DNA from: Phycisphaerales bacterium
GTDB lineage: Bacteria > Planctomycetota > Phycisphaerae > Phycisphaerales > UBA1924
Reading direction: 5' to 3'
DNA: 64,000 bases
Assembly: GCA_029213305.1 (NCBI GenBank)
Contig: JARGPA010000009.1
Coordinates: 38,004-102,003 of the forward strand
Position 1 is the first letter of the stretch. Every line of letters starts with the position of its first letter. The notes beneath the pieces are model-generated. The model was not told where the DNA came from and searched no databases. It worked only from the letters and a program-made list of their open reading frames with translations. A program made the position numbers and the translations under genes. Shown here in pieces: positions 29,387 to 38,678 of the stretch.

Positions 29387-30868
29387 ATGCCAGAACCGAC
29401 TGAACGTGATTCCATTAAAGTACAAGCCGAAAAAACAGTTTTGGCTGCTCTCCGATTGCCTGATTCGACATACGACCAGCGGGATTCATTTGGGGAGATG
29501 AGAGAACTCGCATATCAAGCGGGTGCGGTTGTCGTTGGTGAGATAGAGCAACGCAGAGATCGTCCAGAACCCGGAACTTATATGGGGAAGGGAAAAATCG
29601 AAGAACTCAAACAATTATGTGATGCGCTTGATGCAGTTACAATTATCTTCGATCATGATCTTTCTCCAAAGCAGATTGCCAAGATCGAGGAGATGACAGA
29701 ACGGAAAGTCCTCGATCGTTCAGAGCTGATTCTTGATATCTTTGCATCTCGCGCCGCGACGCATGAAGCAAAGCTTCAAGTAGAAATAGCCCAGCTCGAA
29801 TATACATATCCGCGTTTGCGAGCGATGTGGTCTCACCTTGAGCGCATCGTCGGTTCAGGTGGAATCGGAGGCGTTGGTACGCGTGGTCCAGGTGAGCAAC
29901 AACTCGAGATTGACCGTCGATTGGTGCAGCGCCGAAAAACAGTTCTCCAACGAGAGTTAGAAGATATTCAAGCTCGCAAACGAAGAGCGGTTGAAAAACG
30001 AAACACTGATTATTTTACAGTCGGACTCGTAGGGTATACCAATGCAGGAAAGAGCACTCTCTTCAACACCCTCACTGAAGGGGGCGCGTACGCAGACGAT
30101 CGGTTGTTTGCGACTTTGATGACTCGAACTCGCGAGTGGGATATGGGAGGCGGCCGAATCGCGATGCTCTCGGACACAGTTGGGTTCGTTCGGGATCTTC
30201 CTCACCACCTTGTTGCGTCGTTTCGCGCGACTCTCGAAGAAGCAACTCATGCAGACTTGTTATTGGTGATGCTCGATATTTCCGATCCGAGTGCTGATTT
30301 GCAGTACGAAACAGTACTCTCAACACTCGATGAGCTTTTTAAGGAAGTTGAACAGCGCGAAGAGAAAGAAGCAGAAAAAGCAAAGCGAGATGGGGCAGGA
30401 GATATCGAGCGATACAAACGACCTGAGTTGCTTTTGTTATTGAATAAAGCGGACATTGATACCGTTGATCAACAAGATATTCTCTACTGGCAATCTCGCT
30501 CAAGCGGAGCAATCCCAATCTGTTCACTTCAAGGTGACCCAGATTCGGAAATGCCTTTGGGTCAAGAAGAGTTGCTCGAACGTGTGAAAATGATTTCAGT
30601 TGGTCCAATCGAAGAACTTGATATCACAGTCCCAATGTCCGACTCAAAGACGATTCACACTATTGAGAATCGCGCAGAGGTCCTCGAACGAACATACGAG
30701 AATCAAGTCGTGATTCTGAGAACCAAAATCGGAAAGAATCAACTCGCGAAGTTACGATCTGCAGGCGCCAAGATGTGGGTCATGACGACCGAAGGCGAGC
30801 CATACTTTGTAGACGATGAAAAAACGGGATGGGTCTATGACCCATCCGCGATTGATATCGATTTCTAA
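29387..30868 (+). CDS. hflX: GTPase HflX
   Basis: 493 aa. The HflX N-domain (LSPKQIAKIEEMTERKVLDRSELILDIF, QVEIAQLEY) is followed by G1 GLVGYTNAGKSTLFN and G3 LSDTVGF. Confidence 0.9.
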   Translation: MPEPTERDSIKVQAEKTVLAALRLPDSTYDQRDSFGEMRELAYQAGAVVVGEIEQRRDRPEPGTYMGKGKIEELKQLCDALDAVTIIFDHDLSPKQIAKIEEMTERKVLDRSELILDIFASRAATHEAKLQVEIAQLEYTYPRLRAMWSHLERIVGSGGIGGVGTRGPGEQQLEIDRRLVQRRKTVLQRELEDIQARKRRAVEKRNTDYFTVGLVGYTNAGKSTLFNTLTEGGAYADDRLFATLMTRTREWDMGGGRIAMLSDTVGFVRDLPHHLVASFRATLEEATHADLLLVMLDISDPSADLQYETVLSTLDELFKEVEQREEKEAEKAKRDGAGDIERYKRPELLLLLNKADIDTVDQQDILYWQSRSSGAIPICSLQGDPDSEMPLGQEELLERVKMISVGPIEELDITVPMSDSKTIHTIENRAEVLERTYENQVVILRTKIGKNQLAKLRSAGAKMWVMTTEGEPYFVDDEKTGWVYDPSAIDIDF

Positions 30869-30884
30869 ATACACTACAAACTGA

Positions 30885-32231
30885 TTACGCTAATGGATTC
30901 AACCAGAGTCCAGTCGCTAGCTTTGGATAGAAGAATGTTGATTTCTGTGGCATCAACTCACCTGCACGAGAGATATCTCGGACTGCATCGAGTGGTGTAG
31001 GCCGCACAATGATTGCAACCTGTGGTTTTCCGCCGCCTGCGATTGAAGAACCTGTTTCTTCGCCTTTTCCGATCGCAAGAACTTCTTCAATAGAGTGGGG
31101 GAATGCCCAGTTGATCGGTTCGCCGTTGTTGAGCTCTGGTCGGCAAATCTCTTCAACGATCATGTGTTGGATAATCGCAACATCTAGATTTCGCCATGCT
31201 TGAGATTGATTTGGGAACTGCATCTCAAGTGGATCACTCACTGCAGGCCAAGCGCCAAAGCACAATCCAGTTGCGTAATCGTAGATTCCAAATGCATTTG
31301 TTTGCTCGCGTTCTGCGAGTGATTCGATTTGCGATTCGAACTTATGGGGATCATTGTCGATGGGTTCGACATTGAGTAATCCTTGAGCGACTTTGATGAA
31401 TTTTTCAACTTCGTATTCGGCCATCCCACCCAGGACCCGATGGGTTGGACCGATTGCTAGACCTGGATCAGACATAGAAACTAGAACAAACATTGTCCGT
31501 CGAGCAGGATGATCCTTCGCAACATCTCCTTGCGATTCGAGATCGGATAAATAGTTGAGAGCTGTGTTGTACCGATGATGTCCGTCTGCAACGAAGACGT
31601 CTTCGCCTTCGAGCGCGGATTGGTATCGAGCGATTGTTGGTTCGTCATCAATCGTCCAAATTTCTTGTTTTATACCATCACCCATATCTGCAATCATCTC
31701 GGGGTTTCTTGATGACATGACTTCGTGGATGAGCTTGACAGCTTCACCGTTTTCGTCTGGATGGAGTCCGAAAATTGGGGAAGATTGACATTGAAGCTCA
31801 TTCATGAGCGCTTTGCGATCTTCCTTTGGGCCGCCGAAGGTTTGCTCGTGAGCAAGAACGCCGCCGTGGTCTCGATTCCCGAAAGGGACAGTTTCGAGTG
31901 TTGCAACCATTCCGCATCTTTCGAAAGACTTTCCTTCAAACTCAAAGGTCTGGCGATACGCAAAGATTGCTGGAGTTTCGCGTTGCGAGAGAGTTCCGCT
32001 TTCTAGCATGCCGCGATATCTATCCCCAGCATTCTGGTAAGATTCTTTAGGACCGAGCTCTTTAGCTGGAACATGCGGGAGGTCAATTCCTACAACATTG
32101 TTGCTATCTGCCGCAAGCAATGCGTCCTTCGCCGAAAGATCAAGCACGTCATAAGGTGGTGCGATCATCTTTGAGATATCGCCTTGCCCTTGGTTGTATT
32201 GAACGGCACGAAATGGGTGAACTGCAGGCAT
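30885..32231 (-). CDS. DUF1015-family protein
   Basis: 448 aa. The N-terminus MPAVHPFRAVQYN, plus FVADGHHRY and the overall length, are typical of DUF1015. Confidence 0.7.
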   Translation of the reverse strand: MPAVHPFRAVQYNQGQGDISKMIAPPYDVLDLSAKDALLAADSNNVVGIDLPHVPAKELGPKESYQNAGDRYRGMLESGTLSQRETPAIFAYRQTFEFEGKSFERCGMVATLETVPFGNRDHGGVLAHEQTFGGPKEDRKALMNELQCQSSPIFGLHPDENGEAVKLIHEVMSSRNPEMIADMGDGIKQEIWTIDDEPTIARYQSALEGEDVFVADGHHRYNTALNYLSDLESQGDVAKDHPARRTMFVLVSMSDPGLAIGPTHRVLGGMAEYEVEKFIKVAQGLLNVEPIDNDPHKFESQIESLAEREQTNAFGIYDYATGLCFGAWPAVSDPLEMQFPNQSQAWRNLDVAIIQHMIVEEICRPELNNGEPINWAFPHSIEEVLAIGKGEETGSSIAGGGKPQVAIIVRPTPLDAVRDISRAGELMPQKSTFFYPKLATGLWLNPLA

Positions 32232-32283
32232 AGGCGCCCTTTCGAAAGCACGAGAATTGATCGTGATGAAATGAATTATCCCC

Positions 32284-32303
32284 GATCAGTCAACTGACTG
32301 ATC
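32284..32303. promoter_or_regulatory. Perfect 9-bp-arm palindrome in the divergent DUF1015/purQ intergenic region (candidate operator)
   Basis: GATCAGTCA-AC-TGACTGATC, read directly from the sequence. Confidence 0.3.
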
Positions 32304-32377
32304 ATCTCAACAATTATATGCCCCAACTCATGGTAAACCCCCAAAGCCAACATGAGAATCGTGTCCTACAGTACCGC

Positions 32378-33160
32378 ATGAGCAAGCCAACTGCCCTCGT
32401 GATCAGGACTGCCGGTACGAACTGTGATTTAGAGCTCTGTCGGGGGTTTGAACTCGCAGGTGCTCAGGTTGAACTGATTCATCTTGATCGCTTAATTGCT
32501 GATCCAGCACAAGTTGCGAGATTTGATCTCGTTGGATTCCCCGGCGGATTCTCCTACGGGGACGACATCGCATCTGGACGAATACTCGCGATGCATACCC
32601 GAGATCGCTTACTTCCTGAGTTGCTCAAGCTCGCCGATCGAGGCGTACCCATGATCGGAGTTTGCAACGGATTCCAAGTTATGGTGCAGATTGGGTTATT
32701 GCCTGGAAGGGTTCAACACGAGCAGAGCACTGCATTGTGCGAGAACGATCATGGCCGATTCATTGACCAATGGGTTGAAATGGTTCCGGATCAAGATTCA
32801 AACTGTATTTGGACACAGGGATTACTCGAAAATCAAAGCTCAGAACCAATCCTCTATCCAGTCGCACACGGTGAAGGCAGATTCGTTACAAAGGATCAAG
32901 CAACACTCGACGCACTTAATGCTGGGAATCAGGTTGCGATTCGATATGGGACAGACATCAATGGGTCAGTCGATCAGATTGCGGGAATCTGTGATCCGAG
33001 TGGCCGGATCTTTGGTCTCATGCCTCACCCTGAACGAGCGTTGGATTGGAATCGTCATCCATTTTGGACTCGACTCGATGAGAAAACAAAGAAATCGACG
33101 ACTCCAGGGTTGTCTATCTTCTTGAGTGCAGTTGACGCAGTTGCTCGTCAGAGTGTTTGA
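32378..33160 (+). CDS. purQ: Phosphoribosylformylglycinamidine synthase subunit PurQ (glutaminase)
   Basis: ORF 32318..33160, with the start taken at ATG 32378 (MSKPTALVIRTAGTNCD). The nucleophile context is GVCNGFQ and the His context is MPHPER. Confidence 0.88.
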   Translation: MSKPTALVIRTAGTNCDLELCRGFELAGAQVELIHLDRLIADPAQVARFDLVGFPGGFSYGDDIASGRILAMHTRDRLLPELLKLADRGVPMIGVCNGFQVMVQIGLLPGRVQHEQSTALCENDHGRFIDQWVEMVPDQDSNCIWTQGLLENQSSEPILYPVAHGEGRFVTKDQATLDALNAGNQVAIRYGTDINGSVDQIAGICDPSGRIFGLMPHPERALDWNRHPFWTRLDEKTKKSTTPGLSIFLSAVDAVARQSV

Positions 33161-33187
33161 TTGTTTGCAGATGCAAAGGGGAATGCG

Positions 33188-33685
33188 ATGAACGAAACCG
33201 CTGTCTATGCAGGGAGCTTTGATCCTCCAACCAATGGGCATGTGTGGATGATTGAACAAGGAGCAAGACTCTTTGATCGGTTAATTGTCGCGGCTGCTCG
33301 TAATCCTGAAAAGGGATATACCTACGAGCTTGATCAACGCATTGGATGGTTAGAGGAAATCTGCAAAGCTCATCCCAATGTTGAAGTTGCATCGCTTGAA
33401 AATGAGTTTCTTGCTCATTATGCAGAACGAACGGATGCTCGCTTTGTAATCCGTGGGATCCGCAATGAAGCAGACTATCAATACGAACGCGGCATGCGGT
33501 ATGTGAACTCTGATCTCAACGAGAATCTAGCAACCGTCTTCCTTATGCCTCCAAGAGAGTTGTGCGAGATATCTTCAAGCTTTGTCAAAGGCATGATCGG
33601 TCCTGACGGATGGGAACCCGTTGTAAAACGGTATGTTCCTACATGTGTGTTTGAAGATTTATGTCAAGAGCATTGTCATGAGTGA
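33188..33685 (+). CDS. coaD: Phosphopantetheine adenylyltransferase
   Basis: ORF 33161..33685, with the start taken at ATG 33188. AVYAGSFDPPTNGHVWMI is the T/HxGH nucleotidyltransferase motif, and RGIRNEADYQYE is also present. Confidence 0.9.
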   Translation: MNETAVYAGSFDPPTNGHVWMIEQGARLFDRLIVAAARNPEKGYTYELDQRIGWLEEICKAHPNVEVASLENEFLAHYAERTDARFVIRGIRNEADYQYERGMRYVNSDLNENLATVFLMPPRELCEISSSFVKGMIGPDGWEPVVKRYVPTCVFEDLCQEHCHE

Positions 33686-34118
33686 GTATCATCCAGATCA
33701 GAGTTCGACGCCGATTGATGAGAAGATCATTGCAATGCGCGTAGTTGCAATGCCCGGGGACACCAATCCCTACGGCACAATCTTCGGTGGAATTATCCTG
33801 AGCTATATTGACCAAGCCGGCTTTGTAGAAGCTCGCCGACATGGTGATCTCGATTGGGTAACCGCGGCGATTGAAAAAGTTGAGTTTCATGCTCCAGTAC
33901 ATGTTGGAGATATCGTGACTCTCATTACTGATACCACACGATTAGGGCGCACGAGTATTGATGTACGCGTTGAAGTTGAAGCAGAACGATTCAAATCTCA
34001 TCGCGTTGTGCATGTGACCAGTGCAAGACTCACCATGGTTGGAATGCGCGATGGGAAACCGTTCCCGTTCCGTGAATGTCCATGCAAAGACGAGAGTGAA
34101 TACGGTATTGACGAATGA
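33678..34118 (+). CDS. Hotdog-fold acyl-CoA thioesterase (YciA-like)
   Basis: ORF 33633..34118, with ATG 33678 overlapping the coaD end. The family motif is MPGDTNPYGTIFGGIILSYIDQAG. Confidence 0.8.
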   Translation: MSEYHPDQSSTPIDEKIIAMRVVAMPGDTNPYGTIFGGIILSYIDQAGFVEARRHGDLDWVTAAIEKVEFHAPVHVGDIVTLITDTTRLGRTSIDVRVEVEAERFKSHRVVHVTSARLTMVGMRDGKPFPFRECPCKDESEYGIDE

Positions 34119-34738
34119 GCTTTGATGAACTTGATAAATTTCATTCGCCTACGAGACTCGCAGTGTTGCTCTCAGGGTCTGGAACAACCCTCGACAACTT
34201 GCTGCGTCATATTGACTCAGGTAATCTTGACGCAGATGTACCAGTTGTCATTGCATCGAAAGAGTGTCTAGGCGCTCAAAAAGCTCGAGATGCTGGGATT
34301 CCAACAGTCGTTCATACAGGGCAACTCGATTCTCAAATGCTCGATCAGATCTGTGCTCAGTACGATGTTGATCTTGTGATCCTTGCAGGATATCTCAAGC
34401 TCGTACCTATTAGCCCTCGTGTGCAAAACCGTGTCATTAATATTCATCCAGCATTACTCCCAGACTTTGGTGGAAAAGGAATGCACGGCATGAATGTTCA
34501 TCGAGCAGTTGTCGAATCCGCAAAGCTGGGGAAGATTGATCGATCAGGATGCACGGTGCACTTCGCAGATGAGCATTACGACACAGGATCAACGATAATT
34601 CAGCTCGATTGCCCTATCCATGAGACGGATACTCCAGATGAACTTGCAAAGCGTGTTTTTGAGCTTGAATGTCAAGCTTATCCCCAAGCGATCAAATTAT
34701 TGATTGATCGCAACGCGAGAGCTCACTCAGCCGAATAA
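34115..34738 (+). CDS. purN: Phosphoribosylglycinamide formyltransferase
   Basis: Motifs are RLAVLLSGSGTTLDNLL, VILAGYLKLV, INIHPALLPDFGGKGMHG and HFADEHYDTGSTI. The start overlaps the upstream stop (ATGA). Confidence 0.9.
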   Translation: MSFDELDKFHSPTRLAVLLSGSGTTLDNLLRHIDSGNLDADVPVVIASKECLGAQKARDAGIPTVVHTGQLDSQMLDQICAQYDVDLVILAGYLKLVPISPRVQNRVINIHPALLPDFGGKGMHGMNVHRAVVESAKLGKIDRSGCTVHFADEHYDTGSTIIQLDCPIHETDTPDELAKRVFELECQAYPQAIKLLIDRNARAHSAE

Positions 34739-34744
34739 CAATCT

Positions 34745-36202
34745 ATGAACCAGTTGCTCCGATTGATTACGATCTCAATATTCTTTTGTGTTTCCAATGC
34801 ATTCGGATCACATGCTCCAAATCCAAGTGAGCTTGAGTCGAAAGGGATCGCCGCGATGGTTGCAGGCGATTTTACTCAAGCGGAGTTAGACTTCCGAGAG
34901 TTGATTAAAATCACACCTAGCTCGTTCGTGGGTTATTACAATCTTGCATCTGCACTCTCAATGCAAGGGGACTCAGACGGATCGGTCGATGCAATGTCGA
35001 ATGCAATCACTCTCGGGTTTAGTGATATTAATCAAATCAGACGAGATCCAGATCTAGTAGTTCTCCGTGATTCTGTTTTTTTTGCGGATCTCGACTCGAA
35101 CTGGCAAGCATTGCTCGAAGCTCGCAGAGAGAGTGATCTCAAAGTTGTTCAGCCGCTAATTCGCAAATCGAGAGAAGTGAGAACTCTTGAGAGTCTAAAA
35201 ATAGAGTTACTCTCTGCTCACGATGAGATCGCGACTGATCAAGCAATCGAAGAAATCCAATTGCTCGCAACTTGGGCAAACACAAACTTGTTTTCTGAGA
35301 TTCAAACAACTGAATCTATCGAAGATTCACCATGGATTATGGTTGTGCTCCCCGATCGAGCTGGTTTCGCTCAATGGGCAATCACGGTATTCGGCCCTAG
35401 TGTTCGGAGCAATATCGGGTCAGTTGGAGGCGCATACGAACACCAAAAACGACGATTAGTCGCTCAAGATTTAGGTGCAACTCTCAGACATGAGTTCATT
35501 CATGTGTTGCATTGGAGAGATATGAATCGACTCGGGCAATCACATGCGCCGTGGATCCAAGAGGGACTCGCATCGCTTGTTGAGGATTATGATCTGAGTG
35601 GGGATGATGTCGTACCAGTTGCATCATGGCGCACAAACATTGTGAAACGCATGAGCGATGTTCATCGGATGCCCAAGATTGAAAAACTTGCATCGATCGA
35701 GATGAACGCATTTACTGCAAAAAGACCTCTTGCTCAGTATGCTCAAGCTCGAACAATCATGCTCTATCTGCTGGATGAGCAAAAACTCGGTGAGTTCTAT
35801 TCGATCTATACACAAGGGTACGATGTTGATCCAATTGGGATCAGTGCACTCGAGCAAACACTCGGGAAAGAGATCGATGAGATAGAAATGGATTTTAGAC
35901 TCTGGGTGGATGCACTTGATCGAGTCCCCGAAACTGGGAGTGATCTCTCTGCGACTCTTGGGATTGAGATTGAAAACGGGAACGGCGATGGAGTAGTTGT
36001 CAAAGCACTCCCAGGCAATGCTCGGACTCGCACAGGTCTTCGTTTGGGATCTGTGATTACCGCGATTAATGGTCAGCCTACCCGTGATCTGTTCGAGTTG
36101 ATCCGGATTCTTGGAAAATACAAGCCTGGGCAGATCGTGACATTGCACCATCGCAGGGGCAAAGTGCACACAACGACCAAAGCAAAGCTACTAAAAAGTT
36201 AA
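34745..36202 (+). CDS. Secreted TPR + HExxH-motif domain + C-terminal PDZ protein (putative metallopeptidase)
   Basis: It has a signal peptide, an N-terminal TPR-like region (YYNLASALSMQGDSDGSVDAMSNAI), HEFIHVLH, and a C-terminal PDZ (GDGVVVKALPGNARTRTGLRLGSVITAINGQP). Confidence 0.6.
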   Translation: MNQLLRLITISIFFCVSNAFGSHAPNPSELESKGIAAMVAGDFTQAELDFRELIKITPSSFVGYYNLASALSMQGDSDGSVDAMSNAITLGFSDINQIRRDPDLVVLRDSVFFADLDSNWQALLEARRESDLKVVQPLIRKSREVRTLESLKIELLSAHDEIATDQAIEEIQLLATWANTNLFSEIQTTESIEDSPWIMVVLPDRAGFAQWAITVFGPSVRSNIGSVGGAYEHQKRRLVAQDLGATLRHEFIHVLHWRDMNRLGQSHAPWIQEGLASLVEDYDLSGDDVVPVASWRTNIVKRMSDVHRMPKIEKLASIEMNAFTAKRPLAQYAQARTIMLYLLDEQKLGEFYSIYTQGYDVDPIGISALEQTLGKEIDEIEMDFRLWVDALDRVPETGSDLSATLGIEIENGNGDGVVVKALPGNARTRTGLRLGSVITAINGQPTRDLFELIRILGKYKPGQIVTLHHRRGKVHTTTKAKLLKS

Positions 36203-36235
36203 AATATTCGATTTCTCTGATGCTTAGGTTGCAAC

Positions 36236-36272
36236 CGCCATCCATACTATGTGGTACATAGTATGGATGGCG
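36236..36272. promoter_or_regulatory. 17-bp-arm perfect palindrome 26 nt upstream of the PadR gene (candidate PadR operator, possibly also a terminator for the upstream gene)
   Basis: CGCCATCCATACTATGT-GGT-ACATAGTATGGATGGCG. It contains the ATGT/ACAT half-sites typical of PadR operators, though closer together than the classical 8-nt spacing. Confidence 0.5.
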
Positions 36273-36297
36273 TAGCTTGTACCCCAGGAGATAATCG

Positions 36298-36639
36298 ATG
36301 AAACTTGAACGCGAACTCATGCGTGGCGCCGGCCCAACAGCGGTGTTGAAACTACTCTCGACCCGAGAAATGTACGGCTACGAACTTGTTGAAGCGCTTT
36401 CTCAAAAAACAGATGGTGTACTCGCAATGGGACAATCGACCCTGTATCCAATGCTCTACAACCTAGAAGCAAAGGATCTAATCGAAGCAGATTGGAGATC
36501 CGCGGATAACGGGAGAGATCGGAAGTACTACTCGCTCACTGGGAAGGGTAAGAAAAAACTCAAATCCGACATGGAGTCTTGGGAAAAACTGAGCAAGGCA
36601 ATGGTTTCGTTGGGTGTTCTCAAAGGAGCACTCGCATGA
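36298..36639 (+). CDS. PadR-family transcriptional regulator
   Basis: 113 aa. The winged-helix region is MYGYELVEAL...GQSTLYPMLYNLEAKDLIEADW...RKYYSLTGKGKKKL. Confidence 0.88.
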   Translation: MKLERELMRGAGPTAVLKLLSTREMYGYELVEALSQKTDGVLAMGQSTLYPMLYNLEAKDLIEADWRSADNGRDRKYYSLTGKGKKKLKSDMESWEKLSKAMVSLGVLKGALA

Positions 36640-38645
36640 ACGATTCATCAAAGTTAAATCCATGGCAATGGGCAATCACCCATTCTCCAATTCTACACAC
36701 ACTCAGATGGATGCGATACAAGTGTCTAAAAATTGGGAGTCCGAACCAACAAGCAAAGAGCATTGTGCTTCGTGCAGAGTTACCCATTGATATTGAAAAC
36801 CTGATTGTTACGACAACGACTAAATCCAAGCTTTGGAGTGTTGAACGGGTTGAGATCGCAAGAGAACTCATCGCACACGCTCAAGATGCGATCGAAGCAG
36901 GGCGTACAAGCGAAGAAATTTCAGAACAGTTTGGGGATCCAAAGCGAGTTGCAAAGCTCATGCGTCGTTCGATGAAGCGCAAACGTCCTTTGTATTGGAG
37001 AACATATCGCAATACAAAGCGCGTCATTCTGGGTTCACTTGCAATCATGCTCCTGTTTTACGGTTCACTCGCATTCCGTTTCTACACAGGGAAACCAAAG
37101 GTTCGGAGTAACTATATTGCAGATTTAAACGCACTCAATGAGGGATACTCTGAAGATCAAAAATCTTGGAAGGTGCTCATGGATGTTGGACTTCAATGGG
37201 GGCAGCAGTTGTGGGTATTCGAGAATGCACTCCGAGAGCAAGGGGATGATTCAGGTTTGCTTAGGTCTGAATCTATTAGTCAGTTCTTTCAACGAATTGA
37301 TGAGTCACACCCTGAGTATGATGGGTTTGTGCAGCTTATAAACGGATTCGAAATTGAACTTACTCGACTAAGAGAAGCTGCAACGAGAGAGGTGATTGGG
37401 TTGCCTGTTGGATTTGAATCTACGGAAGTAGAGTGGGAAGGACGAAGTTGGACAACAGGGATCATTCCTGCGACCAATGAAGACTACAAATCCAACTCAA
37501 TGATAGGTGTCTTGCTCCCTCATCTGGGTAATGTACGAAGACTTGGGCAACTCCTGGTTTTTGATTCTCATATTGCTCTTATTGAAGATGATGTAGATCG
37601 ATATGTTCAAGATTTACTCGCCGCGATGGGGCTCGTCCGACAAGTGAAACAAGAGCCTTACTTAATTTCTAAGCTCGTTGGTATCGCGATTCACAAACTG
37701 ATTATCAATGAACTCCACTCAACTCTAAAGAACAATCCAGGATTACTCAACAATGATCAAATCGTCAAACTTGCTCATCTCAATGCAGAAGTGGGGGCGC
37801 AAGAAGGATTCGGAATGGGTACAGAGCGAATTTCATTTTATGATCTTGTCCAAAGGATGTACACAGATGATGGAAATGGAAACGGGCATCTGACCTCTGA
37901 AGGGATTAATTGGTTGAGTCAATATTCAGAGCCAGATCGAGTTGGTCGAAACTCATCGGTAATTGAAATATTGATGAATGAAGAGTCAGTCATTCAGCTT
38001 ATTCGTCCAATCTCGATCGTTCGATCCATGGATCGAAAAAGCGAGTTGCGCTTATACAACAATCATCTCAATTCAGTTGAGCGAGTCGTTGATGATGGTC
38101 CGGAATATTTCGGGTCAATCATAGATCTAGAAGCATCGAGCTCATTTTATAGTTATGATTCAGATCCAACCTTCTTCTCATTAGCTAAAGTCATGATGCC
38201 CGCACTGGGGAATAGCCTCAACAGGTATTACACGCACAAACAAGAGTGCATCGGGCTCGGGACAATGTTGGCAATTGAGTCGTTCCGATTAAAAGAATCT
38301 CGACTCCCTGAGCGACTTGATGATCTTGTTCCAGGGTATCTCCCAAGACTCCCAACGGATTACATGGATCCAGGACAGTCCTTGAAATACAACATCTCAA
38401 CAGATGGGTATGTTCTCTACAGCATCGGGAGTGACGGCGATGATGATGGTGGGAAACTGGATGAAGATTCAATGTCAGGAAACAAGATCACGAGTATCGA
38501 TGTATTCTCGCTTCGGTTTCAATCAACTATTGATCCTAAATCAGGACTCGCACAGTTTGGAAACCAAGGCCAACCAATCCTCGCAGAACCGGTTGGTCCA
38601 GATGGCGATTGGATACTCTTTGATTCTCGACACATGTCAGAGTAA
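36636..38645 (+). CDS. PadR-coupled single-pass membrane protein with a large extracytoplasmic domain
   Basis: ORF 36579..38645, with ATG 36636 overlapping the PadR stop (ATGA). The cytoplasmic helical region with EEISEQFGDPKRVAKLMRRS resembles the PadR-associated 'permease prefix'/HAAS-type domain. It has one TM (VILGSLAIMLLFYGSLAF). The C-terminus YVLYSIGSDGDDDGG resembles the pseudopilin GspG tail. Confidence 0.6.
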   Translation: MNDSSKLNPWQWAITHSPILHTLRWMRYKCLKIGSPNQQAKSIVLRAELPIDIENLIVTTTTKSKLWSVERVEIARELIAHAQDAIEAGRTSEEISEQFGDPKRVAKLMRRSMKRKRPLYWRTYRNTKRVILGSLAIMLLFYGSLAFRFYTGKPKVRSNYIADLNALNEGYSEDQKSWKVLMDVGLQWGQQLWVFENALREQGDDSGLLRSESISQFFQRIDESHPEYDGFVQLINGFEIELTRLREAATREVIGLPVGFESTEVEWEGRSWTTGIIPATNEDYKSNSMIGVLLPHLGNVRRLGQLLVFDSHIALIEDDVDRYVQDLLAAMGLVRQVKQEPYLISKLVGIAIHKLIINELHSTLKNNPGLLNNDQIVKLAHLNAEVGAQEGFGMGTERISFYDLVQRMYTDDGNGNGHLTSEGINWLSQYSEPDRVGRNSSVIEILMNEESVIQLIRPISIVRSMDRKSELRLYNNHLNSVERVVDDGPEYFGSIIDLEASSSFYSYDSDPTFFSLAKVMMPALGNSLNRYYTHKQECIGLGTMLAIESFRLKESRLPERLDDLVPGYLPRLPTDYMDPGQSLKYNISTDGYVLYSIGSDGDDDGGKLDEDSMSGNKITSIDVFSLRFQSTIDPKSGLAQFGNQGQPILAEPVGPDGDWILFDSRHMSE

Positions 38646-38678
38646 ACACAAGTCGATTAATCGGACTATCCTCATTAT

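Noticed and set aside
32691-33392. An alternative-frame 144-aa plus-strand ORF and minus-strand ORFs across the purQ/coaD junction.
   Set aside because: The purQ and coaD frames carry diagnostic motifs and these alternatives carry none.
35624-36169. A 181-aa minus-strand ORF.
   Set aside because: It is antisense to the TPR-HExxH-PDZ gene. It has no signal, motif or RBS, and the sense ORF is long and continuous.
36579-36635. A 19-codon N-terminal extension of the PadR-coupled membrane protein.
   Set aside because: It lies inside the PadR coding sequence. ATG 36636 forms an ATGA start/stop overlap typical of translational coupling.
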